Shown here: positions 28,106-36,568 of the stretch, one piece after another
Numbering within the stretch: position 1 is the stretch's first letter
Layout: the number at the start of each line of letters is the position of its first letter
Assembly: GCA_048938445.1 (NCBI GenBank)
Contig: JBHLME010000033.1
Span: forward strand, 1 to 37,346
Direction of reading: 5' to 3'
DNA: 37,346 nucleotides
Source of the DNA: Promethearchaeota archaeon
Lineage (GTDB): Archaea > Asgardarchaeota > Lokiarchaeia > Sigyniarchaeales > SOKP01
The notes under the pieces: model-generated
Told to the model about the DNA's origin: nothing
The model's input: the letters and a program-made list of their open reading frames with translations, nothing else
Database searches by the model: none
Position numbers and translations under genes: made by a program

Positions 28106-28771
28106 ATGAAGTATCATTGGATAAAAAAGTATAAAGCACTAGTAGTAGCATTATTCGTTTTTGTATGTATTGGAATTTGTTTTAATATCATTTATATCAT
28201 AGCGATATTTTCACAGCAACTAATCGCAAAATCTGAAATATTTATTGAATTGTTATTTTCAGGTATATACTTTGGAGTATTTACGGGATGTTTTATTCTC
28301 TATTATCAATATTTTAAAAAAAATAAAAAATGGTTTACTGTTAAGAGTGCTTTAATAGTTGGTTTTATAGTTTTTACTTTTTTTGCATTTTATTGTAATG
28401 CAATTTATATTGTGATACCATATTCCGCGGGTATGCAAATCCAGCTTGAAACCATTTCAATATATTTAATTTTAGGGATATTTTTTGGAATAAGTTCAAT
28501 ATTTTTGGTGAAATTTGGTTCATGGTTCAAACCAAAAAATTATGATCCTGAGACATATAAAATACCTTTTAAAGGAGCAGTCTTGCTATTTCTATTTGTT
28601 TTTTCATTTTTTGCTATATGTTTTAATATTATTAGCATAATAGTCTCCCAAAAGATTCAGATTGAATACATTTTATTTATATGTTTTTTAGGATTGTTTG
28701 CAGGGATACTTGCTCCGTTGATATTTTTAGTTGATCCTGATGATTTACCTATATTTGATTTATTTGATTGA
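28106..28771 (+). CDS. Hypothetical six-TM membrane protein with three internal repeats
   Basis: Six hydrophobic segments; repeated K.A....F....F....N.I.I....Q.E...G...G unit. Confidence 0.75.
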   Translation: MKYHWIKKYKALVVALFVFVCIGICFNIIYIIAIFSQQLIAKSEIFIELLFSGIYFGVFTGCFILYYQYFKKNKKWFTVKSALIVGFIVFTFFAFYCNAIYIVIPYSAGMQIQLETISIYLILGIFFGISSIFLVKFGSWFKPKNYDPETYKIPFKGAVLLFLFVFSFFAICFNIISIIVSQKIQIEYILFICFLGLFAGILAPLIFLVDPDDLPIFDLFD

Positions 28772-28954
28772 TTTTTTTATTATTTAGCAATTAATCAACA
28801 AGAATATTTTTCAAGTTAGAAATCACCCTTCACTTTGATGTTGGTAAATCTATTTATGATTCTGAACTTTTTTTCTCATTCATACTAAGAATTTATTATT
28901 CTATTAAAAATAAGGAAGAAAATAATCGAGGAAATAGTCGAAATCAGGGAGATC

Positions 28955-29812
28955 TCAGAAATCATACCCACATTTTTTACACACATGTTTCTTCGCGTAC
29001 ATCGGTATATGTCCGACATAGCTAAGTACTTTTGACTTGTCTTCTTCAGAACGAATATCACTGCCTACCGCACCACACATTGGACATGTCAATCGTTCTT
29101 CAGTATGAAAACCGCCTCCTCCTATTTCTGGGGGTTTTAACTCGCTTAATTCAGCTTCAACTTCGGTTAACTGAGAGGTCTTTTCTTCAAGAGTTTTTTC
29201 TTTTTCACTAAGAGAATTTGTTAATTCTTCAACTTGATTTGATAAGTCGTCTATTTGTGCTTGTAATTGCGTTTTTTCACTTTCTAAAGCAGTAGTTTTT
29301 CCTTCTAAATCTTGGACTTGAGATTTTAAGTTATTTAATTCACTTTTAAGCTTTGAATTTTCCATATTAGCAGAATTTAATTCTGTTTTTGTGGAATCTA
29401 ATTCATTTTTTGAAGAATCTCTATCCGCTTTAGTCTCATCTAGCTCAGATTTTAATTTAGTGATTGTTTCATTAGATTCTGATAATTTTTTTTCAAGATC
29501 ATCTATTTTTGTTAATTCATTTTTTAAGGAATTAGCTTCATCTGATAATTTATTAACTTTATTTTCACTTGCAGAAAGTTTAGATTTAGTCTCTTCATGA
29601 TTTTTTTTTTCACCATCAAGAGAAGCTCGTGTTATCTCAAGATCATCTTTAGTTTTGCTAAGGGATAATTCAAATTGAGCAATTTTTTTTTTTGATTCAG
29701 AAAGTTGCCGTTCTAAATCATTCACTTTAGCTCTTAAATCCAGTAGGAACTTTCCTTCTACGGAAATCTTCTTGTCAGGCCTTTCTTCAGCCTTCGACCA
29801 GTCTAATGCCAT
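28955..29812 (-). CDS. Long coiled-coil protein with C-terminal zinc ribbon
   Basis: About 200 aa of continuous heptads, then CPMC...EDKSKVLSY..HIPMYAKKHVCKKCGYDF; ATG at 29812 preferred over GTG at 29821. Confidence 0.85.
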   Translation of the reverse strand: MALDWSKAEERPDKKISVEGKFLLDLRAKVNDLERQLSESKKKIAQFELSLSKTKDDLEITRASLDGEKKNHEETKSKLSASENKVNKLSDEANSLKNELTKIDDLEKKLSESNETITKLKSELDETKADRDSSKNELDSTKTELNSANMENSKLKSELNNLKSQVQDLEGKTTALESEKTQLQAQIDDLSNQVEELTNSLSEKEKTLEEKTSQLTEVEAELSELKPPEIGGGGFHTEERLTCPMCGAVGSDIRSEEDKSKVLSYVGHIPMYAKKHVCKKCGYDF

Positions 29813-29990
29813 GGTTTTCACTCAATAATTCAAGTTTTTTTATATATAGTAATGAACAATTTTTTATAATTTTTAATTATATGATATATTAAATTATTTT
29901 CTTATATATTTAAGCACTTTAAAAATTAGCATGTAAAATAGAAAAGGAATATTATTTTTATAATGCTAGTTACTGAAAAATAAATAAATC

Positions 29991-30866
29991 GTGTTAGAAG
30001 AAATGGATAAAATTAAAGACGGTGATATTGAAGTTGAGTTTTTATCAACATCGGGAGTTTATAAGACTTCGTTTACATTAATCATCATCTTACAGCTTTT
30101 ATTTGGAGGATTACTCGTTTTAATAATAAATCTATGGTTCTATAATCATCTATATATATTACTGGTAGGAAAACCATTTATTGGATTTGATGTTCCTGTC
30201 GCATGGTGGGAATGGTTACTCCTTCCTATTAGCATATATTTAAATCTATTTTTATTTTCCTTCTCTATTATTTTATTTTCAGTAGTTATTTTTAAATTTT
30301 TAAATTGGCGTAGTCCTCCTCGAGAAGGCGTGTTTGAAAAGGGAAGTAAAGACTGGAAGTACATGCATAGAAGATTTTGGACAGCATATCTTCCAATTTG
30401 GTTAGTAAGGGCATTACCTCTCCCTTGGTTGGATATTGCAGTCTATAACTTTCTAGGAGTAAAAATAGGTAGGGTTGTAGTAGCATATGAAGGGTACATA
30501 GATCCTTTATTCATTGATATTGGCCCTCAGACCATGACTTCACTTCATATTTGTATTTTTTCTCATTTAATTTATCATGACAAGGTAATAATAAAAAAAA
30601 TAAAAGTAGGTAAAAACTGCATAATTGGACCTCACACGATTTTATTTCCGGGATCTACTTTAGAAGATGGGGCAATACTAGGAGCAAATAGTTATACTAG
30701 TATAGGCCAAAAATTAGAAGGAAATCTAATCCATATTGGACGTCCAGCTAGTATTAAACTACCACTGCAATCTTTAGAAGAATCTAAAAAAAAAGTTAAT
30801 AAGATTCTTATAACCAAAAGTGATGATGCCTCTAAAATAAACCAAACTCAAGGAGATGAAGATTAA
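29991..30866 (+). CDS. Membrane protein with left-handed beta-helix (hexapeptide-repeat) acyltransferase-like domain, paralogue 1
   Basis: 2 TM helices, PREGVF, FLGVKIG, IKVGKNCIIGPHTILFPGSTLEDGAILGA; start may be the ATG at 30003. Confidence 0.8.
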   Translation: MLEEMDKIKDGDIEVEFLSTSGVYKTSFTLIIILQLLFGGLLVLIINLWFYNHLYILLVGKPFIGFDVPVAWWEWLLLPISIYLNLFLFSFSIILFSVVIFKFLNWRSPPREGVFEKGSKDWKYMHRRFWTAYLPIWLVRALPLPWLDIAVYNFLGVKIGRVVVAYEGYIDPLFIDIGPQTMTSLHICIFSHLIYHDKVIIKKIKVGKNCIIGPHTILFPGSTLEDGAILGANSYTSIGQKLEGNLIHIGRPASIKLPLQSLEESKKKVNKILITKSDDASKINQTQGDED

Positions 30867-30868
30867 GA

Positions 30869-31615
30869 ATGTTCCAACCAGCAAGTCTAAAAGGAGATTC
30901 ACCCACACCTATCGATGAGAGAATTAGAAAGAAATATCTTTTTCTTTACTTGATCATCATAATATTAAGCTTTATTCCTTGTAGTATATATGAATACGCT
31001 TATTATATCCTTCTATGGAATGAGGTATTTATTGGTATTTTTTTTTTCCTTTTACCGTTAAACATGATGCTTTTAATATATATTTTGCAATTAAGTGCTA
31101 TATTGTTTTCATTTCTGATTTTAAAAATAATTAATTTAATCCATAAACCAAGAGAAGGAGTTTTTAGAAGGGATCCCCATGATAAAGATTATTTTTTTTG
31201 GAATTTAAGGAATATTGTTAAAAAATGGCCTCTTTTTATTGCGGCTACAAATCCTTTCCCGTGGTTAAAAAATCGTTTTACTCTTAGATTTTTTGGAGTG
31301 AAAATAGGAAAGAAATGTTTATGTGATGGAAGTTGGATATCTTCTGAATTTGTCACCATTGGAAAAAATTGTATAATTGGTATTAGCAGTACAATCTTAA
31401 CTTTTGGAATTGAAGCGGAAAATTTTATATTAAAGAAAATAATAATTGAAAATAACGTAGCACTTGGTGCTAAATGTATTCTCTTACCAGGAACAATCAT
31501 AAAAAAGAACGCAAAATTGTCAGCCTATTCTAGCACTAAATATGATGATATTTTAGATGAGAATTTGGTTTATAAAGGAATTCCTGTAAAATTAAAGGAA
31601 GAAAAAAATGATTGA
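30869..31615 (+). CDS. Membrane protein with left-handed beta-helix acyltransferase-like domain, paralogue 2
   Basis: 2 TM helices, PREGVF, FFGVKIGK, VTIGKNCIIG, IIIENNVALGAKCILLPGTII. Confidence 0.8.
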   Translation: MFQPASLKGDSPTPIDERIRKKYLFLYLIIIILSFIPCSIYEYAYYILLWNEVFIGIFFFLLPLNMMLLIYILQLSAILFSFLILKIINLIHKPREGVFRRDPHDKDYFFWNLRNIVKKWPLFIAATNPFPWLKNRFTLRFFGVKIGKKCLCDGSWISSEFVTIGKNCIIGISSTILTFGIEAENFILKKIIIENNVALGAKCILLPGTIIKKNAKLSAYSSTKYDDILDENLVYKGIPVKLKEEKND

Positions 31616-33194
31616 TACAACTGTAAAGATAGATAAGCGACTTGGTGTTCGAAAAAGAATTGTAATCGTATCCGATACACATATTACACCATCTGGAACT
31701 GAATTTAATGAAAAAATTTTTGATAATGGTATTGAAAAAATAAATAAAATTAAAGATGTAACACTTTATTTACATCTAGGAGATATAACTCAAAATGGAA
31801 CCCTTTTGGATTATGATTTTGCATACAAAAAGAGCAAAAAATTTCAACCACAATCGAAAGCTGCTATTGAATACATCCTAGGAAATCATGATGCTTTAAA
31901 TGTGGGATATTTATTATTTGAAGAAATATTTGGAAAAAGACATTTTGAATACGAAGATGAGGTATTATATATAATAGGAATAGACAGTACAAAACCAGAC
32001 TTACCTGGGGGGGTTATTCACCATAATGCCATTGATGCAATTAAAAGACGATTAGAAATCCCTGAAAGAGAAAAAAAGATAAAAATTGTATGTTTTCATC
32101 ATCAATTAATTCCCATACCTAATACCGGGAAAGAAAGATCTGCAATTGATGATTCTGGCAACATGCTTAAAATGCTACTTGAACAAAAAGCAGATTTAGT
32201 ATTGAATGGGCACAGACATATTTCAAATCTTTATACTCTTAGTAGTACTGAAAAAGACTTATATATTTTCAATGCGGGAACATTTTCATGTAATAAAACT
32301 CGTTATAGGGAATTGTTCACTTATTCTGTTATTGATCTTTATGGAAATAATCTAAATTTTAAAATAGTACCCATATTAGAACCCGAATTTAAAAAAGAAA
32401 TTGTTAGAAACATAAATTATTATACTCCCCGTGATATTAAAAAAAATGAAAAACCATACTGTAAATTCATTCAATTATCTAACTCTTTAATATCATCTGA
32501 ATTTCAAGAGAAGGAAAAATATTTTGATATTGCAATTGAGAAAATTAATAAGATTGATGATATTGACTTGATCGTTCATGCGGGGAACTTAACTCAAAAT
32601 AGTTATGAAGAAGAATTCAAGATTGCGAAAGAAAAGCTAAAATCGTTTAATTATCCCGTTCTTGTAGTACCCGGTTATGAAGATTCACGACCACCTGCTT
32701 GGACATTTTGGGATCGTTATATAGGCCCTCTTAATCCATTATTTGAAAATGAAAAAATATATTTTCAAGGAATTGATTCTACGACACCTGATTCAAATAT
32801 AGGATTTGTTGGGAGAAAAAAGTTAACGAGATTTATTGAAAATGTATTAAATTTAAGCCATAAAAAAATATTTGGTGCTTGTTGTTTTCATAATTTAATT
32901 CCAACGCCATTGAGTGTCTGGCGAACAGAATTAATGGATTCCGGAGATGTGCTTTCACAATTCGCACGTTCACAAATTTCCTTAGTAATTAATAATTCTC
33001 CAAGTATATCTTTTAATGTTAAAATAGATAATACAATATTTTCAAATGGTGGTAATCTAGAAGGAACACATTTCGATCCTGTATTTTTAGAAATTGATAT
33101 TTATGAAGATGGCACTTTAACACTATTAGAATATAACTTAAAAACTAATAAAAAACAAATTATTGGCAGGTATAATATAGAAATTCTACATTAA
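31608..33194 (+). CDS. Tandem-domain metallophosphoesterase (CpdA/Icc-like); second domain degenerate
   Basis: Domain 1: SDTH, GDITQNG, GNHD, FHH, GHRH. Domain 2 equivalents: SNSL, GNLTQNS, GYED, FHN, NNSP. Confidence 0.88.
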   Translation: MIDTTVKIDKRLGVRKRIVIVSDTHITPSGTEFNEKIFDNGIEKINKIKDVTLYLHLGDITQNGTLLDYDFAYKKSKKFQPQSKAAIEYILGNHDALNVGYLLFEEIFGKRHFEYEDEVLYIIGIDSTKPDLPGGVIHHNAIDAIKRRLEIPEREKKIKIVCFHHQLIPIPNTGKERSAIDDSGNMLKMLLEQKADLVLNGHRHISNLYTLSSTEKDLYIFNAGTFSCNKTRYRELFTYSVIDLYGNNLNFKIVPILEPEFKKEIVRNINYYTPRDIKKNEKPYCKFIQLSNSLISSEFQEKEKYFDIAIEKINKIDDIDLIVHAGNLTQNSYEEEFKIAKEKLKSFNYPVLVVPGYEDSRPPAWTFWDRYIGPLNPLFENEKIYFQGIDSTTPDSNIGFVGRKKLTRFIENVLNLSHKKIFGACCFHNLIPTPLSVWRTELMDSGDVLSQFARSQISLVINNSPSISFNVKIDNTIFSNGGNLEGTHFDPVFLEIDIYEDGTLTLLEYNLKTNKKQIIGRYNIEILH

Positions 33195-33234
33195 TACTTA
33201 CTATATTAATTATAAAAAAAGGATTTTAATAAAA

Positions 33235-34461
33235 ATGCAAAAAATATCTTTTTTACCTCAATATAATCTAATTCTTGTAAGATATAATGAGATTTGGTTA
33301 AAATCAACTAAAGTTAAGATAAGAATGTTAAAAACTTTGATGAGAAACATGAAAAACATGTTAAACAGAGCGCAAATTCCCTTTCTTAAATATCAATTAA
33401 GTAAAGATTCAACTAGAATATTTTATTTTTTTAAAAATGAATATTTAGCAGAGGTTGTTGCCATATTTAAAAAAGTTTTTGGCATACATTCGTTTAGTCC
33501 TGCATTAAGAACTTCTAGCAATATTAAAAATATTTCAGAAAAAGCTATTGAAGTTGCTGAGCAAATTCTAAAGAATGGTGATACTTTTGCTTTAAGAGTT
33601 AAAAGATCCGGGACGCATGATTATAGTTCTAAGGATATTGCTCGTCAAGTTGGTCAAGATATTATTGATCATTTCTTGAATACAAATATTCAACTAAAAG
33701 TTAATTTAACTAATCCTGATAAGAAAATATTTATTGAGGTTAGGAGAGACTTTTCATACATATTCACTGATGTAATTGAAAGTGATTGGGGAGGGTTACC
33801 AATCGAATCAAATAAAAAAATTGCTGTCATGGATGTGGGAAGAATAAACGATTTACTCGCAGGATTCTTACTCATGAGAAGGGGATCTGAGATTTATCCC
33901 TTTCTTTTTGATATTTCTCAAGATGATAAGTTATATAACCAATGGATATTAAATTGGAAAGAAATCACAGCTTTCACACCTTCTTTTAAATTTTCCATCA
34001 TGAGGATTAAATTATATGATATTCTTAAAAACATTATTAATAATAAAGTAAAGAAAGAGCATGTTTGCGGTACATGTAGAGTATTAAGATTAAAGATTCT
34101 TTCCACTTTATTATCAAATAGTAAGGAGGGTGCTTTAGAGGGAATTAGAGCTTTGACTGATGGAGTTTCCCTCACAAATTCGTCTATATGTTATGATAAT
34201 ATCGACTTAGATTCACTTTCACTTAATTATTTGTGCTCGGATTTTCCTATTTTTACTCCTATAATAGGATTAGATCTTACAGTTATTAAAGAAATACTCA
34301 GTAAAATATCTAAGAACCTAACCCAAATTAAATACTGTCCCTTTAGACCAAAAGATCAGGAAGTAGATGTTAATGAATTATCAAAGTTCTTAAAATCTTC
34401 AGAGACAAATAGAATAATTACAACTTGTATTTCTAAAGTAGAAAGAATTAATATAATCTAA
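33235..34461 (+). CDS. thiI: THUMP-domain ThiI (tRNA 4-thiouridine synthase)-like protein with degenerate PP-loop
   Basis: ILVRYNEIWLKS, VFGIHSFSP, TFALRVKRSG, VNLTNPD, GGLP, LMRRG, CGTC, PIIGLD, CPFRPK; SGGxDS is absent. Confidence 0.8.
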   Translation: MQKISFLPQYNLILVRYNEIWLKSTKVKIRMLKTLMRNMKNMLNRAQIPFLKYQLSKDSTRIFYFFKNEYLAEVVAIFKKVFGIHSFSPALRTSSNIKNISEKAIEVAEQILKNGDTFALRVKRSGTHDYSSKDIARQVGQDIIDHFLNTNIQLKVNLTNPDKKIFIEVRRDFSYIFTDVIESDWGGLPIESNKKIAVMDVGRINDLLAGFLLMRRGSEIYPFLFDISQDDKLYNQWILNWKEITAFTPSFKFSIMRIKLYDILKNIINNKVKKEHVCGTCRVLRLKILSTLLSNSKEGALEGIRALTDGVSLTNSSICYDNIDLDSLSLNYLCSDFPIFTPIIGLDLTVIKEILSKISKNLTQIKYCPFRPKDQEVDVNELSKFLKSSETNRIITTCISKVERINII

Positions 34462-34501
34462 TATTGGTTTAATTAAAAATAGCTTAAAGAAAAACGATAT
34501 C

Positions 34502-34783
34502 ATGGTAAAAATCGTATTAAATTTATTGAATATTTTTCAATTAAGGACCCAACAAAAATCAATAGAATATGATGGTGACACAGTGGGAGATATTATTAAA
34601 CAATTTGTGAAAGAATTTCGAGATAAACTCGATCCTGGATTGCTTGATAAAAAGAAAAAAAAATTAAATAAAGGAATGTTGATTTTATTGAATGGACGAA
34701 ACATAGAATTTCTTGATAAATATAAAACGAAATTAAAAGTTGAAGATAAACTTTATGTTTCAGTTCCATTAGGCGGAGGATAG
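34502..34783 (+). CDS. Ubiquitin-like sulfur carrier (MoaD/ThiS/SAMP family)
   Basis: Beta-grasp pattern TVGDII, ILLNGRNI, C-terminal PLGGG. Confidence 0.92.
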   Translation: MVKIVLNLLNIFQLRTQQKSIEYDGDTVGDIIKQFVKEFRDKLDPGLLDKKKKKLNKGMLILLNGRNIEFLDKYKTKLKVEDKLYVSVPLGGG

Positions 34784-34900
34784 TTTTTTTATATCACTAA
34801 ACTCTACTTTTAGGTAAATGAAATAATTTATAAAGTTCTAATTCATATTATTTCTAGTAATTTTTATTTGATAATGTGCAATGTTAGGTTTGATGGTTTC

Positions 34901-35836
34901 ATGACGAATAAACTTATATTTGTTGGGCTAGATAATGCAGGGAAGACCAGTATCATCACGGCAATCACAGAAAGATTTGGATTCGAAGAGGACGTAATGA
35001 ATTTAATCCCCACTAGAAGAATTGACAGGGATACCTTCTCTTTTCTAGGTTTAGAATTTTTAAGATTTGATATGGGGGGTCAAAAACAATATAGGGAAGA
35101 TTATTTGAAATTTCCAGAAAAATATTTTACTGGAACAGATTTAATATTTTATGTTATTGATGCACAAGACTATGAAAGATATATTGAATCAATTGACTAT
35201 TTAGATGAAATTTTGTTATTTTTCAAGGAAATCCAAGAGAATCCTCCTATTGCCATCCTATTCCATAAATTTGATCCACAACTTACTAATGAAAAGGAGA
35301 TAAATCAGAAAATTCTCACGTTGAAACAAGCTTTAACGAAGTATTCTCGAGAATTTGATATTTTTTTCTTCGAAACTAGCATATATGATATCAAGACGAT
35401 AATGGATGCATTTTCAAGTGGACTTTCACTTCTTTTTGATAAAATGGAGATGGTTAGCCATTTATTTGCAGAAATAAGTAAAAATTATAATGCAATTTTA
35501 ATTTCTTTATTTGATTCAAGGGGAATAACCATTGGGGAATATTATAGACCCCACTTACATTTAAATGAGAAATTAAAAATATATGATTTGTATATAGAAG
35601 CTCAAAAAAGAATTGTAGCTGAAAATTGTTCTCTATACGAGTTTTCTGATAAATTCGATAATGATAAAAGATTTTCTGGGGTTGTAGAATCGTTAAAGTT
35701 TGGAAAATTAGACTTTTACTTACTCTTCATCATCGAAGAGGATGAAGAAGACTTAGAAAAGACAATTGATATCTTAGATAAAATCGAGAGCGCAAAACCT
35801 CAAATGAAAAATATTATCCTCCAGATCATCCAATAA
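34901..35836 (+). CDS. Small GTPase (Arf-like G1, Rag/Gtr-like G4-G5) with C-terminal roadblock/longin-like extension
   Basis: GLDNAGKTS, PT, DMGGQ, HKFD, ETSIYD; C-terminal ~140 aa with ISLFDSRGITIG strand-turn-strand. ATG at 34901 preferred. Confidence 0.9.
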   Translation: MTNKLIFVGLDNAGKTSIITAITERFGFEEDVMNLIPTRRIDRDTFSFLGLEFLRFDMGGQKQYREDYLKFPEKYFTGTDLIFYVIDAQDYERYIESIDYLDEILLFFKEIQENPPIAILFHKFDPQLTNEKEINQKILTLKQALTKYSREFDIFFFETSIYDIKTIMDAFSSGLSLLFDKMEMVSHLFAEISKNYNAILISLFDSRGITIGEYYRPHLHLNEKLKIYDLYIEAQKRIVAENCSLYEFSDKFDNDKRFSGVVESLKFGKLDFYLLFIIEEDEEDLEKTIDILDKIESAKPQMKNIILQIIQ

Positions 35837-35916
35837 ATCTTTTTTACATGGAACATCTCATTTTTTAGATTATTTTACATTAATTTTATCAAAATTAGTA
35901 GATTAATTAAAAAGAA

Positions 35917-36021
35917 CGCAGATGGAGGGACTCGAACCCCCGAGCGCTCACGCGCACCGGCTTTCTCGGATAGAGAGGAATAAACTCGAAGCCGGCGTCT
36001 TACCAACTAGGCTACATCTGC
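35917..36021 (-). tRNA. tRNA-Ser(CGA) with a 22-nt intron at 37/38 (intron 35963..35984)
   Basis: Acceptor stem GCAGATG/CATCTGC, discriminator G, anticodon stem CCGGC/GCCGG, loop TT-CGA-G|intron|A, long variable arm GCGC-GTGA-GCGC, T-loop GTTCGAG; CCA not encoded. Confidence 0.93.
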
Positions 36022-36113
36022 TAGAAAAACTCTATTATGGATAAAGAATTAAAACTTTTTATATTTCTAGGAAAAATTTCTTTTCTTTCTATTATTTTTA
36101 AATTGAATTATAT

Positions 36114-36410
36114 TCAAACAGGCACGTATATTTTCAATTTTAAAGAAGGATTTAATAGTTTTATCAAACCTTCTTCCATGTAGCGATTTAGTAATAAATT
36201 AATTGTTGATACTCGAATATCATATTTTAAAGCTATGTCTGTAGCTAATATTGCTTTCTTTTTTAAAATAGATTCCTTGATTTCGTTTTCAAGAGAGCCG
36301 GGGATGAAGGCATCCCTTTCAACTATGTCAATCTTCTTAGCTCTTCCATATTTTTTCTTCAAGTTGACCGTTGCTTTTCTTACTAATAGCTTTTCTTCTT
36401 TTTCTGACAA
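36114..36410 (-). CDS. rps25e: 30S ribosomal protein eS25-like
   Basis: Basic N-terminus plus winged helix I.ATDIALKYDIRVS....LL..YMEEGLIKL......KIYVP, matching archaeal S25e; TTG start. Confidence 0.8.
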   Translation of the reverse strand: MSEKEEKLLVRKATVNLKKKYGRAKKIDIVERDAFIPGSLENEIKESILKKKAILATDIALKYDIRVSTINLLLNRYMEEGLIKLLNPSLKLKIYVPV

Positions 36411-36568
36411 AAATTTATCACGAATGCCTAATGTTAAAATTAATGAGAAACTTAACAGTTTGATATTTATTAATAAATGAAATTTAATAAAATTTGTGAT
36501 TTATAAGGATTTTTATTCGATTTTATAATATTTATTTGATTATTATATAAAAAAAAGAGCATGAAAAA

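Noticed and set aside
28955-29812. SMC / chromosome partition protein call for the coiled-coil gene
   Set aside because: Too short, with no Walker A/B, signature motif or hinge domain
372-36480. Remaining 60-103 aa ORFs overlapping recognised genes (e.g. 372..641, 1556..1828, 4055..4252, 10031..10339, 31189..31500, 36235..36480)
   Set aside because: They lie antisense or off-frame to well-supported CDSs or span spacers, and show no recognisable motifs
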